Origin: Myxococcota bacterium
GTDB taxonomy: Bacteria; Myxococcota_A; UBA9160; UBA6930
Assembly (NCBI GenBank): GCA_965223415.1
Contig: OZ245002.1
Location: 4,928,001-4,992,000 of the forward strand
Length of the DNA: 64,000 bases
Direction of reading: 5' to 3'
Below are positions 1 to 7,579 of this stretch, one piece after another. Every line of letters begins with the position of its first letter. Positions within the stretch are counted from its first letter, which is position 1. The position numbers were made by a program, and so were the translations under genes. A model generated the notes under the pieces. The model had not been told where the DNA came from. It saw only the letters and a list, made by a program, of their open reading frames with translations, and made no database searches.

Positions 1-66
1 CTTCGTTCCGCTCTCCCGACCGAACGCCTCCGGGGCGCCAGACAGTCGTTCTCGGAGAGACTGCGG

Positions 67-987
67 ATGACGGACACGACCACAGCCCTCGCCGAGCACC
101 TCTTCTACCCCGTCTTCGTGTACGGGCGGGGCATCCTCATCTTCTGGCTCTGCGTTGCGTTCGGCGCCGACAACCCGCAGCTGTTGCCACTGCTGATGCT
201 GGCCTTCCTGATCGGCAGCCTCGCGATCCTGGCCGTTGCAGAGCGCCTGCTTCCCTACCGGACCGACTGGCTCGAATCCGGCGACCCACAGATCTGGAAC
301 GACGTGGGCCACTCGTTCGTCTACCTGGTGGTGGGGACGCGTCTCGGCCAGATCCTCGTGCTCTCCACCGCCATCGCGCTCGTGGGCAGCGCCGAGGCGC
401 GGCTCTGGACGGGCGTGTGGCCCGACGCCTGGCCGCTCGGCGCCCAGATCGCGCTCGTGATCGTCCTAGGCGACGTGCTCGAGTACGGGTACCACCGGCT
501 CTCGCATACCCTCTCGTGGATGTGGCCGATCCACGTGCTGCACCACACGCCGGACCGCATCCACGCGCTCAAGACGTACCGGCACCACTGGCTCTACTCG
601 CTGCTACGAAGCCTCTTCGTGGGCCTGCCCCTCATGCTCGCGGGCGCACCACTGGGCATGCTGGTCTGGCCCGCAGTGGCGATCTCCATCGTCGGGTCGA
701 TCTCACACGCCAACGTCCGTCTTAGGATGAGCCCCTTCTGGTACCGCGTGCTCAACACGCCGGAGCTCCACCGTATCCACCACTCCGTCGATCCCGCGCA
801 CCACAACGCCAACTACTGCTTTGTGCTGCCGATCTGGGACCTCCTCTTCGGCACCTTCGTCGCACCCGAGCAGACGACGGTCCGTACTACCGGTCTCACC
901 GACGATCCCGTTCCCAACGGCTTCCTGCGCCAGCTCGCCCTGCCACTGACCCTTCGACGCGAGAATACCTCCGAGATAGATCACTAG
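67..987 (+). CDS. Sterol desaturase / fatty acid hydroxylase family membrane protein
   Basis: His boxes HRLSH, HVLHH, HANV and HRIHH, NY...WDLLFGT motif, several hydrophobic helices. Confidence 0.9.
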   Translation: MTDTTTALAEHLFYPVFVYGRGILIFWLCVAFGADNPQLLPLLMLAFLIGSLAILAVAERLLPYRTDWLESGDPQIWNDVGHSFVYLVVGTRLGQILVLSTAIALVGSAEARLWTGVWPDAWPLGAQIALVIVLGDVLEYGYHRLSHTLSWMWPIHVLHHTPDRIHALKTYRHHWLYSLLRSLFVGLPLMLAGAPLGMLVWPAVAISIVGSISHANVRLRMSPFWYRVLNTPELHRIHHSVDPAHHNANYCFVLPIWDLLFGTFVAPEQTTVRTTGLTDDPVPNGFLRQLALPLTLRRENTSEIDH

Positions 988-1047
988 GGCGGCGTGGGGT
1001 CGTACTCCATGAGGTGGCGCGTGCGTGCTCGGTGTGTGCGGACTCAC

Positions 1048-1081
1048 TGGCACGCCGGGAGGGATTCGAACCCCCGACCCT
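1048..1081 (-). pseudogene. tRNA-Arg(UCG) 3' fragment, part 1 (variable loop, T arm, acceptor 3' strand, CCA), split by IS110
   Basis: Reverse complement reads AGGGTCGGGGGTTCGAATCCCTCCCGGCGTGCCA, with a TTCGAAT T-loop and CCA end. Confidence 0.85.
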
Positions 1082-1094
1082 TGTATCTACTCCA

Positions 1095-1305
1095 CTCACC
1101 CGGATCTGGTTCAATAGGGTCAGAACGGGTTTCGGGGGAGGGTCGCCGTCCCGACCCAGAGGCATGGTCCTCGTACCTGAGAGAGGCGCCCTCGCCCGAT
1201 CTCGCAAGCTCGAACGGTATCCCGAGGCAGCGGTCTGCCGCTCGTCCTCGCATGCACAAGGAAGAGCACCGAGGTCGGCACCGAGGCTCCCGACGCTCCC
1301 GTTCG
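1095..1305 (+). ncRNA. IS110 bridge RNA (ends approximate)
   Basis: Target loop: CCCGACCC (1150-1157) and ACCTGAG (1175-1181). Donor loop: ACGGTATC (1214-1221) and ACAAG (1256-1260). Each pair flanks an internal hairpin. Closing stem GAACGGG (1123-1129) / CCCGTTC (1298-1304). Confidence 0.85.
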
Positions 1306-1320
1306 AGGAGGAAGAAGGGG

Positions 1321-2496
1321 ATGCGCTTCGTTGGGATCGACATCGCCTCGGAAACGCACGTCGTCGCGATGGTGGGAGAAGACGGGGGCGTGCTGCTGAA
1401 GCCGGTCTCGTTCCGGGAGGAGGCGGCTGGCTACGCACTGCTGTGGGAGAAGCTGGGAGGCCCCGAGGACACGCTCGTAACGCTCGAGGCAACGGGGCAC
1501 TACTGGAAGAACCTGTTCGCGGCGCTTGCGGCGAGGGGTTTTGCCGTGGCGTTGATCAACCCGCTGCGCAGTCGCCGGTTCGCACAAGAAGACTTGGAGC
1601 GGACGAAGACCGACGCAATCGATGCGCTCGGCCTGGCTCGCTTCGGAGCACAGAAGCGTCCGAGGGTGACTCGCCTTCCGGACGCGGCGACAGAAGAGCT
1701 TCGTGAGCTCGTCCGGCTCCGCGATCGTCTGGTTCAGGACTTCGGGGACTGCACCCGGCGGCTCCACCGCATGGTCGATCTGGGCTTCCCAGAGCTCAAA
1801 CGGTACGTGAAGCACCTCGATAGCCAGCTGTCGACGGGGCTGCTGCGGGAGTACCCCACGGCAAGAGCCTTCCAGGAAGCCTCTGTGGGGCGCGTGGCAA
1901 AGCTTCGCTACGACGGTCGTCATCGTGTAGGCGATGCGCTCGCGAAGCAGCTCGTCGAGGCTGCGCAGAACTCGGTGGGCGCCCATCATGGCCCGGCCTA
2001 CCAGGTGCAGGTGCGTTACCTGTGCGAAGACATGGACGTCTTGCGCAAGAGACTCGGCGACATCGACCGCGACATCGCGGATCAGCTATCCGCGCACGAG
2101 GTCGGAAGCTTGCTGACGACGATCGATGGGATCGGGCCGACGACGGCAGCACGGCTCATCGCGGAGCTCGGTGACCCGGCCGACTTCGCCACGGCCGCAG
2201 CCCTCGCCGCCTACGTGGGCGTCGTTCCAGGCCTAAAGCAGTCGGGCAAGCGCCAAGGCAAACGCGGGAACCTCTCGCCAATCGGTCACGCGCGGCTACG
2301 TCGCGCACTGTGGATGCCGACGTTGGTCGCCGTTCGGAAGAACCCCTGGGTGCGGGCCCACTACGAGCGGCTGCGCGACAACGGCAAGCCCGCAAAGGTC
2401 GCGCTGATCGCCTCGACGAGGAAGCTGCTCATCGCGGTTCACGTCGTGGCGAGGACCCGCAAGCCCTTCGTTCCACAGCTAGAGACCAACCCATGA
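1321..2496 (+). CDS. IS110 family transposase / bridge recombinase
   Basis: MRFVGIDIAS, TLEATGHYW and KTDAIDA (DEDD RuvC-like domain), IDGIGPTTAA, KQSG catalytic Ser, purine-rich RBS upstream of ATG 1321. Confidence 0.96.
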   Translation: MRFVGIDIASETHVVAMVGEDGGVLLKPVSFREEAAGYALLWEKLGGPEDTLVTLEATGHYWKNLFAALAARGFAVALINPLRSRRFAQEDLERTKTDAIDALGLARFGAQKRPRVTRLPDAATEELRELVRLRDRLVQDFGDCTRRLHRMVDLGFPELKRYVKHLDSQLSTGLLREYPTARAFQEASVGRVAKLRYDGRHRVGDALAKQLVEAAQNSVGAHHGPAYQVQVRYLCEDMDVLRKRLGDIDRDIADQLSAHEVGSLLTTIDGIGPTTAARLIAELGDPADFATAAALAAYVGVVPGLKQSGKRQGKRGNLSPIGHARLRRALWMPTLVAVRKNPWVRAHYERLRDNGKPAKVALIASTRKLLIAVHVVARTRKPFVPQLETNP

Positions 2497-2541
2497 ACCG
2501 AGAAAACCGGGCCCAGCCCCTTGCTGAAGATCACGGTATCT

Positions 2542-2556
2542 CAGGTTCGAAGCCTG
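2542..2556 (-). pseudogene. tRNA-Arg(UCG) 3' fragment, part 2 (anticodon stem-loop)
   Basis: Reverse complement is CAGG-CTTCGAA-CCTG (anticodon TCG). It joins part 1 seamlessly when the IS110 is removed. No D arm or 5' acceptor strand follows. Confidence 0.8.
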
Positions 2557-2597
2557 GGGCTAAATCGAGACGGAGCAGGTAGTTGGCCGGCTGCGAT

Positions 2598-2624
2598 CGG
2601 GAATGCTCGGGAATCTACGGGAAT
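2598..2624 (+). repeat. Three CGGGAAT heptamers at 10-bp period (possible att-arm protein-binding sites)
   Basis: Copies at 2598, 2608 and 2618, about 40 bp from the tRNA fragment. Confidence 0.6.
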
Positions 2625-2688
2625 GCGGGCACGATCTGGTCACAACCCGAGTGAGATCGATCTGGCGCACAGGATGGGCCAACGATCT

Positions 2689-3144
2689 TCAGTGCTTGTG
2701 TTGATGCTCGTGAGAATCCTCTTCTCCGAAGGTCGCGACAAGTCCGCTGATCACGTCAGCGCGGTCATCATCCGAAAGCCGTGCGCCCGGATGTAGCGGT
2801 AGATAGAACCAAGGTGGCATCTCGCCGTCCCGGACGAGCTCCCCGGCCTTGTCTCCGTGGTTCTCCTTCTCTCCCCACTCGGAGACGTTGAAGTGCGAAC
2901 GGCCTTCTTCGACGTCCCATTGGACTAGCCAGGAGGACGGCGCTACGAGGCTGTACCACGGCCACTCAGTCTCGTTGCTGTGGCAATCCTTGCACGCTCG
3001 AAAGAAGAGCTCTCGCGTGCGAGGCCGGTCCCAAGCTGGCTCTCGAATGATCTCCGGATTCGATCGATCGCGCCCGTACGGAACGACCTGAACGACCAGC
3101 AGGAGACCGGCGATCAGCGAGAGGGAGAATCGGATCTTCCGCAT
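2689..3144 (-). CDS. Haem-binding domain (cytochrome c-type) protein
   Basis: N-terminal hydrophobic segment, CKDCHSNET-WPWYS motif, EMPPWFY axial Met motif, His-rich tail. Confidence 0.88.
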   Translation of the reverse strand: MRKIRFSLSLIAGLLLVVQVVPYGRDRSNPEIIREPAWDRPRTRELFFRACKDCHSNETEWPWYSLVAPSSWLVQWDVEEGRSHFNVSEWGEKENHGDKAGELVRDGEMPPWFYLPLHPGARLSDDDRADVISGLVATFGEEDSHEHQHKH

Positions 3145-3210
3145 GGATGCTCCTCGGTCCGACGATAGAGGACCGAACGCCACTCCGGCAGTGACCGGTG
3201 GCCTCAGGGG

Positions 3211-3486
3211 TCAGGCCCGTCGCGTGAAGGGCTCGAAGAACGACAGCAGTCGATGCTTCACGACGACGAGCACGACGAAGACCAGCACCTCCTCGATGAA
3301 GAACTGCATGCCGGAGATGAAGCCGGCCAGGACCAGCCCAAGAAGGGTCACCGAGACCCACACGAAATCCTGAACCTGGTCGCAACAGATGTCGCAGACC
3401 GGGAGTCGAAAGAGTCGCACGCCGGTGCTCATACGGCAGAAGAGACAGCGCCAAGAGAGTTGGTCGGAATCCGTAATGGCTCGCAC
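3211..3486 (-). CDS. Small hypothetical membrane protein with two CxxC motifs
   Basis: CLFC and CDIC followed by two hydrophobic helices. GTG start is inferred. Confidence 0.55.
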   Translation of the reverse strand: MRAITDSDQLSWRCLFCRMSTGVRLFRLPVCDICCDQVQDFVWVSVTLLGLVLAGFISGMQFFIEEVLVFVVLVVVKHRLLSFFEPFTRRA

Positions 3487-3686
3487 CTCGGAATGGGAAC
3501 GCCTGCGGCGGGAGAGTGACGACCCGCCGGGTTCCGCTGTCGATACCCGCGCGACGCTCGCCAGGTCAAGGCCGGAGAGCCTCGATCCGGCACTTCGTTC
3601 CGTTGTACCTCGGTGGACGTCTGAAAACCGGCCAAAGGTGGACGTCTCAAAGGCGGCCAAAGGGCCGCGCCCAGGACAGAGGGGTT

Positions 3687-4448
3687 CTACCGCGCCGGGG
3701 CCTCCTTCGGCAAGGCGGTGGTCTTCTTGGTGCGCCAGCTGCGGGGTCCGCACTTGAGCAGGTGGCCGTGGTGGAGGAGGCGGTCGAGCATGGCGGTGAC
3801 GGCTGCCGTGTCGCCGAGGAGCCGGCCCCAGTCGTCGACGGGTCGGTTCGAGGTGACGAGGGTGCTGGTGCGCTCGTAGCGGCGCATGATCAGCTCGAGG
3901 AGGTCCTCGGCGGCCGTGGTGGGGAGCTTGCGCATGCCGAGGTCGTCGAGGATGAGCAGCGGCACGCTCGCGATCTCGGCCAGGTACTCCTTGCGGGTGC
4001 CGTCGAGGGTCGCATCAGCGAGTTCCTCGAGGAGGACGTGGACCTCGCGGTAGGCGACGCGATGGCCCTGGTGGATGACGGCGAGGCCGATCGCCTGGGC
4101 GAGATGGCTCTTGCCCGTGCCCGGCGGGCCGAGGAAGACAGCGTCCTCGGCTTGCTCGAGGAAGCGGCCCGTGGCGAGCTCGAAGACCAGGGCGCGATCG
4201 ATCTTCGTATTGAAGCGGAAGTCGAAGCCGTTGAGGGTCCGGTTGGCGTCGCGGAAGCGGGCCTGCTTGATGCGCCGGGCCAGCAGTCGGTCCTGCCGGC
4301 GCTCGAGCTCGTCCTGGACGAGCGCCGAGAGCAGGTCGATGGCCGCCCACTCGCCCTTCTGGGCTTCGAGGAGCCGCATCTCCAGATGCTCGGCCATGCC
4401 CGAGAGCCGGAGCTTGCGCAGTGCGGGATCGAGTTCAGTCAGATTCAC
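3687..4448 (-). CDS. istB: IS21 helper ATPase IstB
   Basis: LRKLRLSGM, Walker A GPPGTGKS, Walker B LILDDLG, TSNRP, LDRLLHH, SWR. Confidence 0.95.
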   Translation of the reverse strand: MNLTELDPALRKLRLSGMAEHLEMRLLEAQKGEWAAIDLLSALVQDELERRQDRLLARRIKQARFRDANRTLNGFDFRFNTKIDRALVFELATGRFLEQAEDAVFLGPPGTGKSHLAQAIGLAVIHQGHRVAYREVHVLLEELADATLDGTRKEYLAEIASVPLLILDDLGMRKLPTTAAEDLLELIMRRYERTSTLVTSNRPVDDWGRLLGDTAAVTAMLDRLLHHGHLLKCGPRSWRTKKTTALPKEAPAR

Positions 4449-6024
4449 GAGAGGTCTCCTCGGTGCGGCGATCGATGAGATCGCGGTAGTGGGTGAGCTG
4501 GCGGATGAGCGGGTCCACCTGCTTGAGCGAGAGCGGCAGCTCGGGCTGACGCTCCAGGTAGCGCTTGACGAACGCGTAGGTGGGCAGCTCGAGGGCCAGG
4601 GCGGTGGCGCAGGCATCGTCGACGCGAGGGATGCCGTGGCGCTTGCACAGGGAGAGCACGCCCAGGATGCGACGCACCCCGGGCTCGCCGTCCAGGCGAT
4701 GGATCGCCTCACACACCTCGCCCACGTGGACGCCGGCGCGCCGGGCCCGCGCGAGCAGCTGGAGGGTCGTGGCCGGCGTCCGCTTCGGGCGGTCCTCCTC
4801 CCGCATCCTGCGGCGCCCCCGCCTCTGGCGGACGTGCTCGCGCAGCAGCTCCCCCGTCTGCAGATCGAGCATCCGCACCCGCAGCCCGTCCCATTGGACG
4901 GCCACCCGCCGCCCCAGCCAGCCCGGCGGCGCGTGGTAGTAGGCCCCCTCCACCTCGATGGCCCCGTCGAGGTGCACCGTGCGCTCGCCGTGCTGGTAGT
5001 AGCGGAAGGGCTCGATGGGAAGCCCGAGCAGGTGCGGCTTCTCCTCTTCGTACATCGCCGCCACCTGGCGCTTGGTCGTGCCGTGGATGCGGGTGTCGGC
5101 CCATCGGCGCTCCCAGCGGTCGAGGTAGGCCTGGGCCTGCTCGAGCGACTCGAAGCGCATCCCGCGGACCTTCTGCTGCGCGTGGCGCACCCCGGACTCG
5201 ACCTTCCCCTTGCGATCGGGGTGGCGCACCCGGCACGGAAGCGCCGTCACGCCGTAGTGGGCGAGCACATCGCGGTAGAGGGGGTTGAGCGCGGGGTCGT
5301 AGACGTCGGGCTTGAGAACGCCCTCCTTGAGGTTGTCGAGGACGACGGTGCGCGGTGCACCGCCCAGCCGGCGGAAGGCCTTCTCGTGCAGCTCCGACCA
5401 GACCTGGCTGCTCGACTTCCACACGAGCAGCCGAACGCACTTGCGGCTGTAGCCCAGGGTGAAGACGAACAGCCTCGTGCGCCGGTACTTCCCCGACCCG
5501 GGATGCCGCACCATCGGCCCGTCGCCGTAGTCGACCTGGCCCTCTTCTCCCGGTGCCGTCTCGATCACCGGGTGCGCCTCGCGCGGCGCCGCGGCTCGCT
5601 GCTTCGCCACGAAGCGCTTCACACTCGCATAGCTGAAGGCGAAGCCGTGGTCATCGACTAGGTCCTGCCAGATCGCCATCGCCGTCCGGCCCTGGCGCAC
5701 GCCCGCCTCGATCCACTCGCGGTAGGGCTCGCAGGCGCTGGCCTGGGGGCTCCGGCCCGGCATCGGCGGCCAGGCCGGATCGGTGGACGCCTCTTTGGCC
5801 GCTTTTGCCGGGGCCTTCGAGTCGGTGGACGCCTCTATGGCCGGGTTTGGGGCCCCGTGCCCCCAGCGACCAGGAGATCGCACCGCGATCCCCGCGGCCC
5901 GGAGGTAACGGCTCGCCGTCTCCCGGCGCACGCCCGTCGCCTCCTCGATCCGCCGAAGCGACCAGCCGAGGCGGCCAAGTGCCAGAATCTGCTCGCGTTT
6001 CTCGTTGCCCAGAAGGTTCGCCAT
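4435..6024 (-). CDS. istA: IS21 transposase IstA
   Basis: N-terminal HTH (WSLRRIEEATGVRRETASRY), DDE motifs QVDYG, VLDNLK and KGKVE, RIHGTT. Confidence 0.95.
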   Translation of the reverse strand: MANLLGNEKREQILALGRLGWSLRRIEEATGVRRETASRYLRAAGIAVRSPGRWGHGAPNPAIEASTDSKAPAKAAKEASTDPAWPPMPGRSPQASACEPYREWIEAGVRQGRTAMAIWQDLVDDHGFAFSYASVKRFVAKQRAAAPREAHPVIETAPGEEGQVDYGDGPMVRHPGSGKYRRTRLFVFTLGYSRKCVRLLVWKSSSQVWSELHEKAFRRLGGAPRTVVLDNLKEGVLKPDVYDPALNPLYRDVLAHYGVTALPCRVRHPDRKGKVESGVRHAQQKVRGMRFESLEQAQAYLDRWERRWADTRIHGTTKRQVAAMYEEEKPHLLGLPIEPFRYYQHGERTVHLDGAIEVEGAYYHAPPGWLGRRVAVQWDGLRVRMLDLQTGELLREHVRQRRGRRRMREEDRPKRTPATTLQLLARARRAGVHVGEVCEAIHRLDGEPGVRRILGVLSLCKRHGIPRVDDACATALALELPTYAFVKRYLERQPELPLSLKQVDPLIRQLTHYRDLIDRRTEETSRESD

Positions 6025-6225
6025 GGCGGCGGGGGATCGCAGGTCCCTCGCCGTCGTCAACGTCCTGGGCGTCAGCCCCTATGGCCGCTTTTCAGACGTC
6101 CTTCTATGGCCGGTTTTGGGTGTCCACCGAGGGAGAGAGTCGAGGCGGGCGACGATCCCTTCGCGGTCGTCGAGGTCGAGGACGGGAGGCTCGGGCTGGG
6201 ACATGGCTCAGGAGTTCGCGGTGCG

Positions 6226-6281
6226 GAGCTTCCGGCGATTCGGGAGCGACCCTAGGCCCCGCTCGATAGTCTCAGTTCGGA
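6226..6281 (+). repeat. Imperfect direct repeat, copy 1 (~56 bp)
   Basis: GAGCTTCCGG..GGAGCGACCCTAGGCCC..TCGA..TCTCAGTTCGGA, matching 6696-6752. Confidence 0.85.
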
Positions 6282-6312
6282 GTTGCCTCTGCCAGCTGAG
6301 GAGGCGTCTGCG

Positions 6313-6666
6313 ATGGAGACGCGCTCGGATGATGCGCAGCTGGGGTCCTTTCTGAACCTTCTCTTTGCCGCGGACTCGGCGGTTCTCGCTTTCTTCCTGT
6401 TCACGAGACCGGGGAACATGCTTCCTGCGAAGCTACCCTTCACGTTGGGGCCGGTGCTCCCCCTCAAACACCAGGCTGCTGCCTTGGCGGTCTGCGCCGC
6501 GGTTGCTCTGATCCTCCGGGCACTGACTCTCTTTCCCGGGCGCCACGAGCGACTCCGAGCCAGCGAGCGCTGGATTGCCGTTGTGGTCTTGGCCGTGAGC
6601 CTGGTCGCGATGGGCACGGGTGGCGTAGCCATTGCAGGTGATCCGTCGCTCCTTCCTGGAGGCTGA
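6313..6666 (+). CDS. Hypothetical membrane protein (about 3 TM helices)
   Basis: GAGGAGG upstream of ATG 6313, three hydrophobic segments, lies between the two direct repeats. Confidence 0.65.
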   Translation: METRSDDAQLGSFLNLLFAADSAVLAFFLFTRPGNMLPAKLPFTLGPVLPLKHQAAALAVCAAVALILRALTLFPGRHERLRASERWIAVVVLAVSLVAMGTGGVAIAGDPSLLPGG

Positions 6667-6695
6667 CTCCGCGCGGAACGGCAGACCAGGCCGGC

Positions 6696-6752
6696 GAGCT
6701 TCCGGGCCTTCCGGAGCGACCCTAGGCCCTCGGTCGAGGTTCTCAGTTCGGA
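6696..6752 (+). repeat. Imperfect direct repeat, copy 2
   Basis: Shares GAGCTTCCGG, GGAGCGACCCTAGGCCC and TCTCAGTTCGGA with 6226-6281. Confidence 0.85.
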
Positions 6753-6821
6753 ACCAGCATTGCCAGGCGGGCAAAAGCGCGGAGCGTCCCGAGGGACCTC
6801 TGGACGAGTGGAGGACCAGTC

Positions 6822-7535
6822 CTAGCCGGAGGCTGCCCGGACGCCGTGGTGACGGTAGGCAGGGTACTTGAAGAGCGGCTCAAGCTTGCCCGCCGCACGG
6901 CCTTCTTCCTCCGTTGGGAAGCCCTCACATCCGATCCTCACCGTACAGACAAAGAAGGTCGCCGCCCCGCCTTCGAAGTGCCACACGGCGCCCTGGACGG
7001 TCAGTAGTTCTCCGCTTCGGCCTACGGCCAGCTGAACGATCGGACGCTCCGCTCCATCGACGACCTCAAGGAATCGGCCATCAGAGTTGATGTCGTATCC
7101 GAGCCCGGGCAGGAGATAGAGGGCTGAGTCCTGCACGAACGCGATCGTCGCACCTCCTTCGTTGACCAGCTTGCCGGACAGTGTCGCGCCCCGGCCACGA
7201 AGTACCACTGCAAGCCCTGGCAGAACTGGGAAGGTCCCTTCTGAGATCCGGATGCTGCTCTTCCCCACCGAGATCGTATCAACGTTGGCGCCCGCGATTT
7301 CGTGACCGAACGCAGTCGCGTACGCGATCCTTGCGCTGGTGTCATGAGAACGTTCTTCGAAGAACAGGCTCGCCCCGATGGTGACTGCGACTCCTATGAG
7401 AAGCGTGGCGATTGGGAGGCCCCAGTCATGGCCGCGTGGGTAGTGGAAGAAGCAGAAGCGCGACCTTGGGAGCGGGCGCTTCGAACACGGTTTGCGCTTC
7501 CGCGTTACAGCCCGGCAGTAGTCATCGGAACTCAT
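6822..7535 (-). CDS. Hypothetical protein: N-terminal CCCH-like zinc finger, one TM helix, beta-rich C-terminal domain
   Basis: CRAVTRKRKPC-x10-CFFH, then hydrophobic LPIATLLIGVAVTIGASLFF. Confidence 0.7.
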   Translation of the reverse strand: MSSDDYCRAVTRKRKPCSKRPLPRSRFCFFHYPRGHDWGLPIATLLIGVAVTIGASLFFEERSHDTSARIAYATAFGHEIAGANVDTISVGKSSIRISEGTFPVLPGLAVVLRGRGATLSGKLVNEGGATIAFVQDSALYLLPGLGYDINSDGRFLEVVDGAERPIVQLAVGRSGELLTVQGAVWHFEGGAATFFVCTVRIGCEGFPTEEEGRAAGKLEPLFKYPAYRHHGVRAASG

Positions 7536-7579
7536 TGGGACTTGAACATGGTTACATCTTCCGTCCTGCGAATAGCTCG

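Larger units (their letters stand above)
1080..2541 (+). mobile_element. IS110-family insertion sequence (IS621-like, long left end, CT core at both junctions)
   Basis: CT at 1080-1081 and 2540-2541. Removing the element restores the tRNA fragment. The RE-core-LE junction is ACGGTAT-CT-TGTAT. It encodes a DEDD transposase and has no terminal inverted repeats. Confidence 0.93.
3608..6132 (-). mobile_element. IS21-family insertion sequence
   Basis: istA-istB pair. Terminal inverted repeats CCTCGGTGGAC..AAAACCGGCCA (from 3608) and TGGCCGGTTTT..GTCCACCGAGG (to 6132), with second sub-terminal copies. Confidence 0.9.

Noticed and set aside
994..1320. 109-aa N-terminal extension of the IS110 ORF
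   Set aside because: It crosses the IS boundary, the tRNA fragment and the bridge RNA. The family N-terminus and RBS point to ATG 1321.
1048..2600. Intact tRNA gene interrupted by the IS
   Set aside because: After rejoining there is no D arm or 5' acceptor strand beyond 2556, so only the 3' half is present.
1..3602. CTTCGTTCCG at 1-10 and 3593-3602 as an element boundary
   Set aside because: Only 10 bp, cut by the window edge, and with no supporting structure.
6226..6752. CRISPR array or integron attC sites
   Set aside because: Only two degenerate copies about 470 bp apart, no cas or intI gene, and no attC inverse-core/core pairing.
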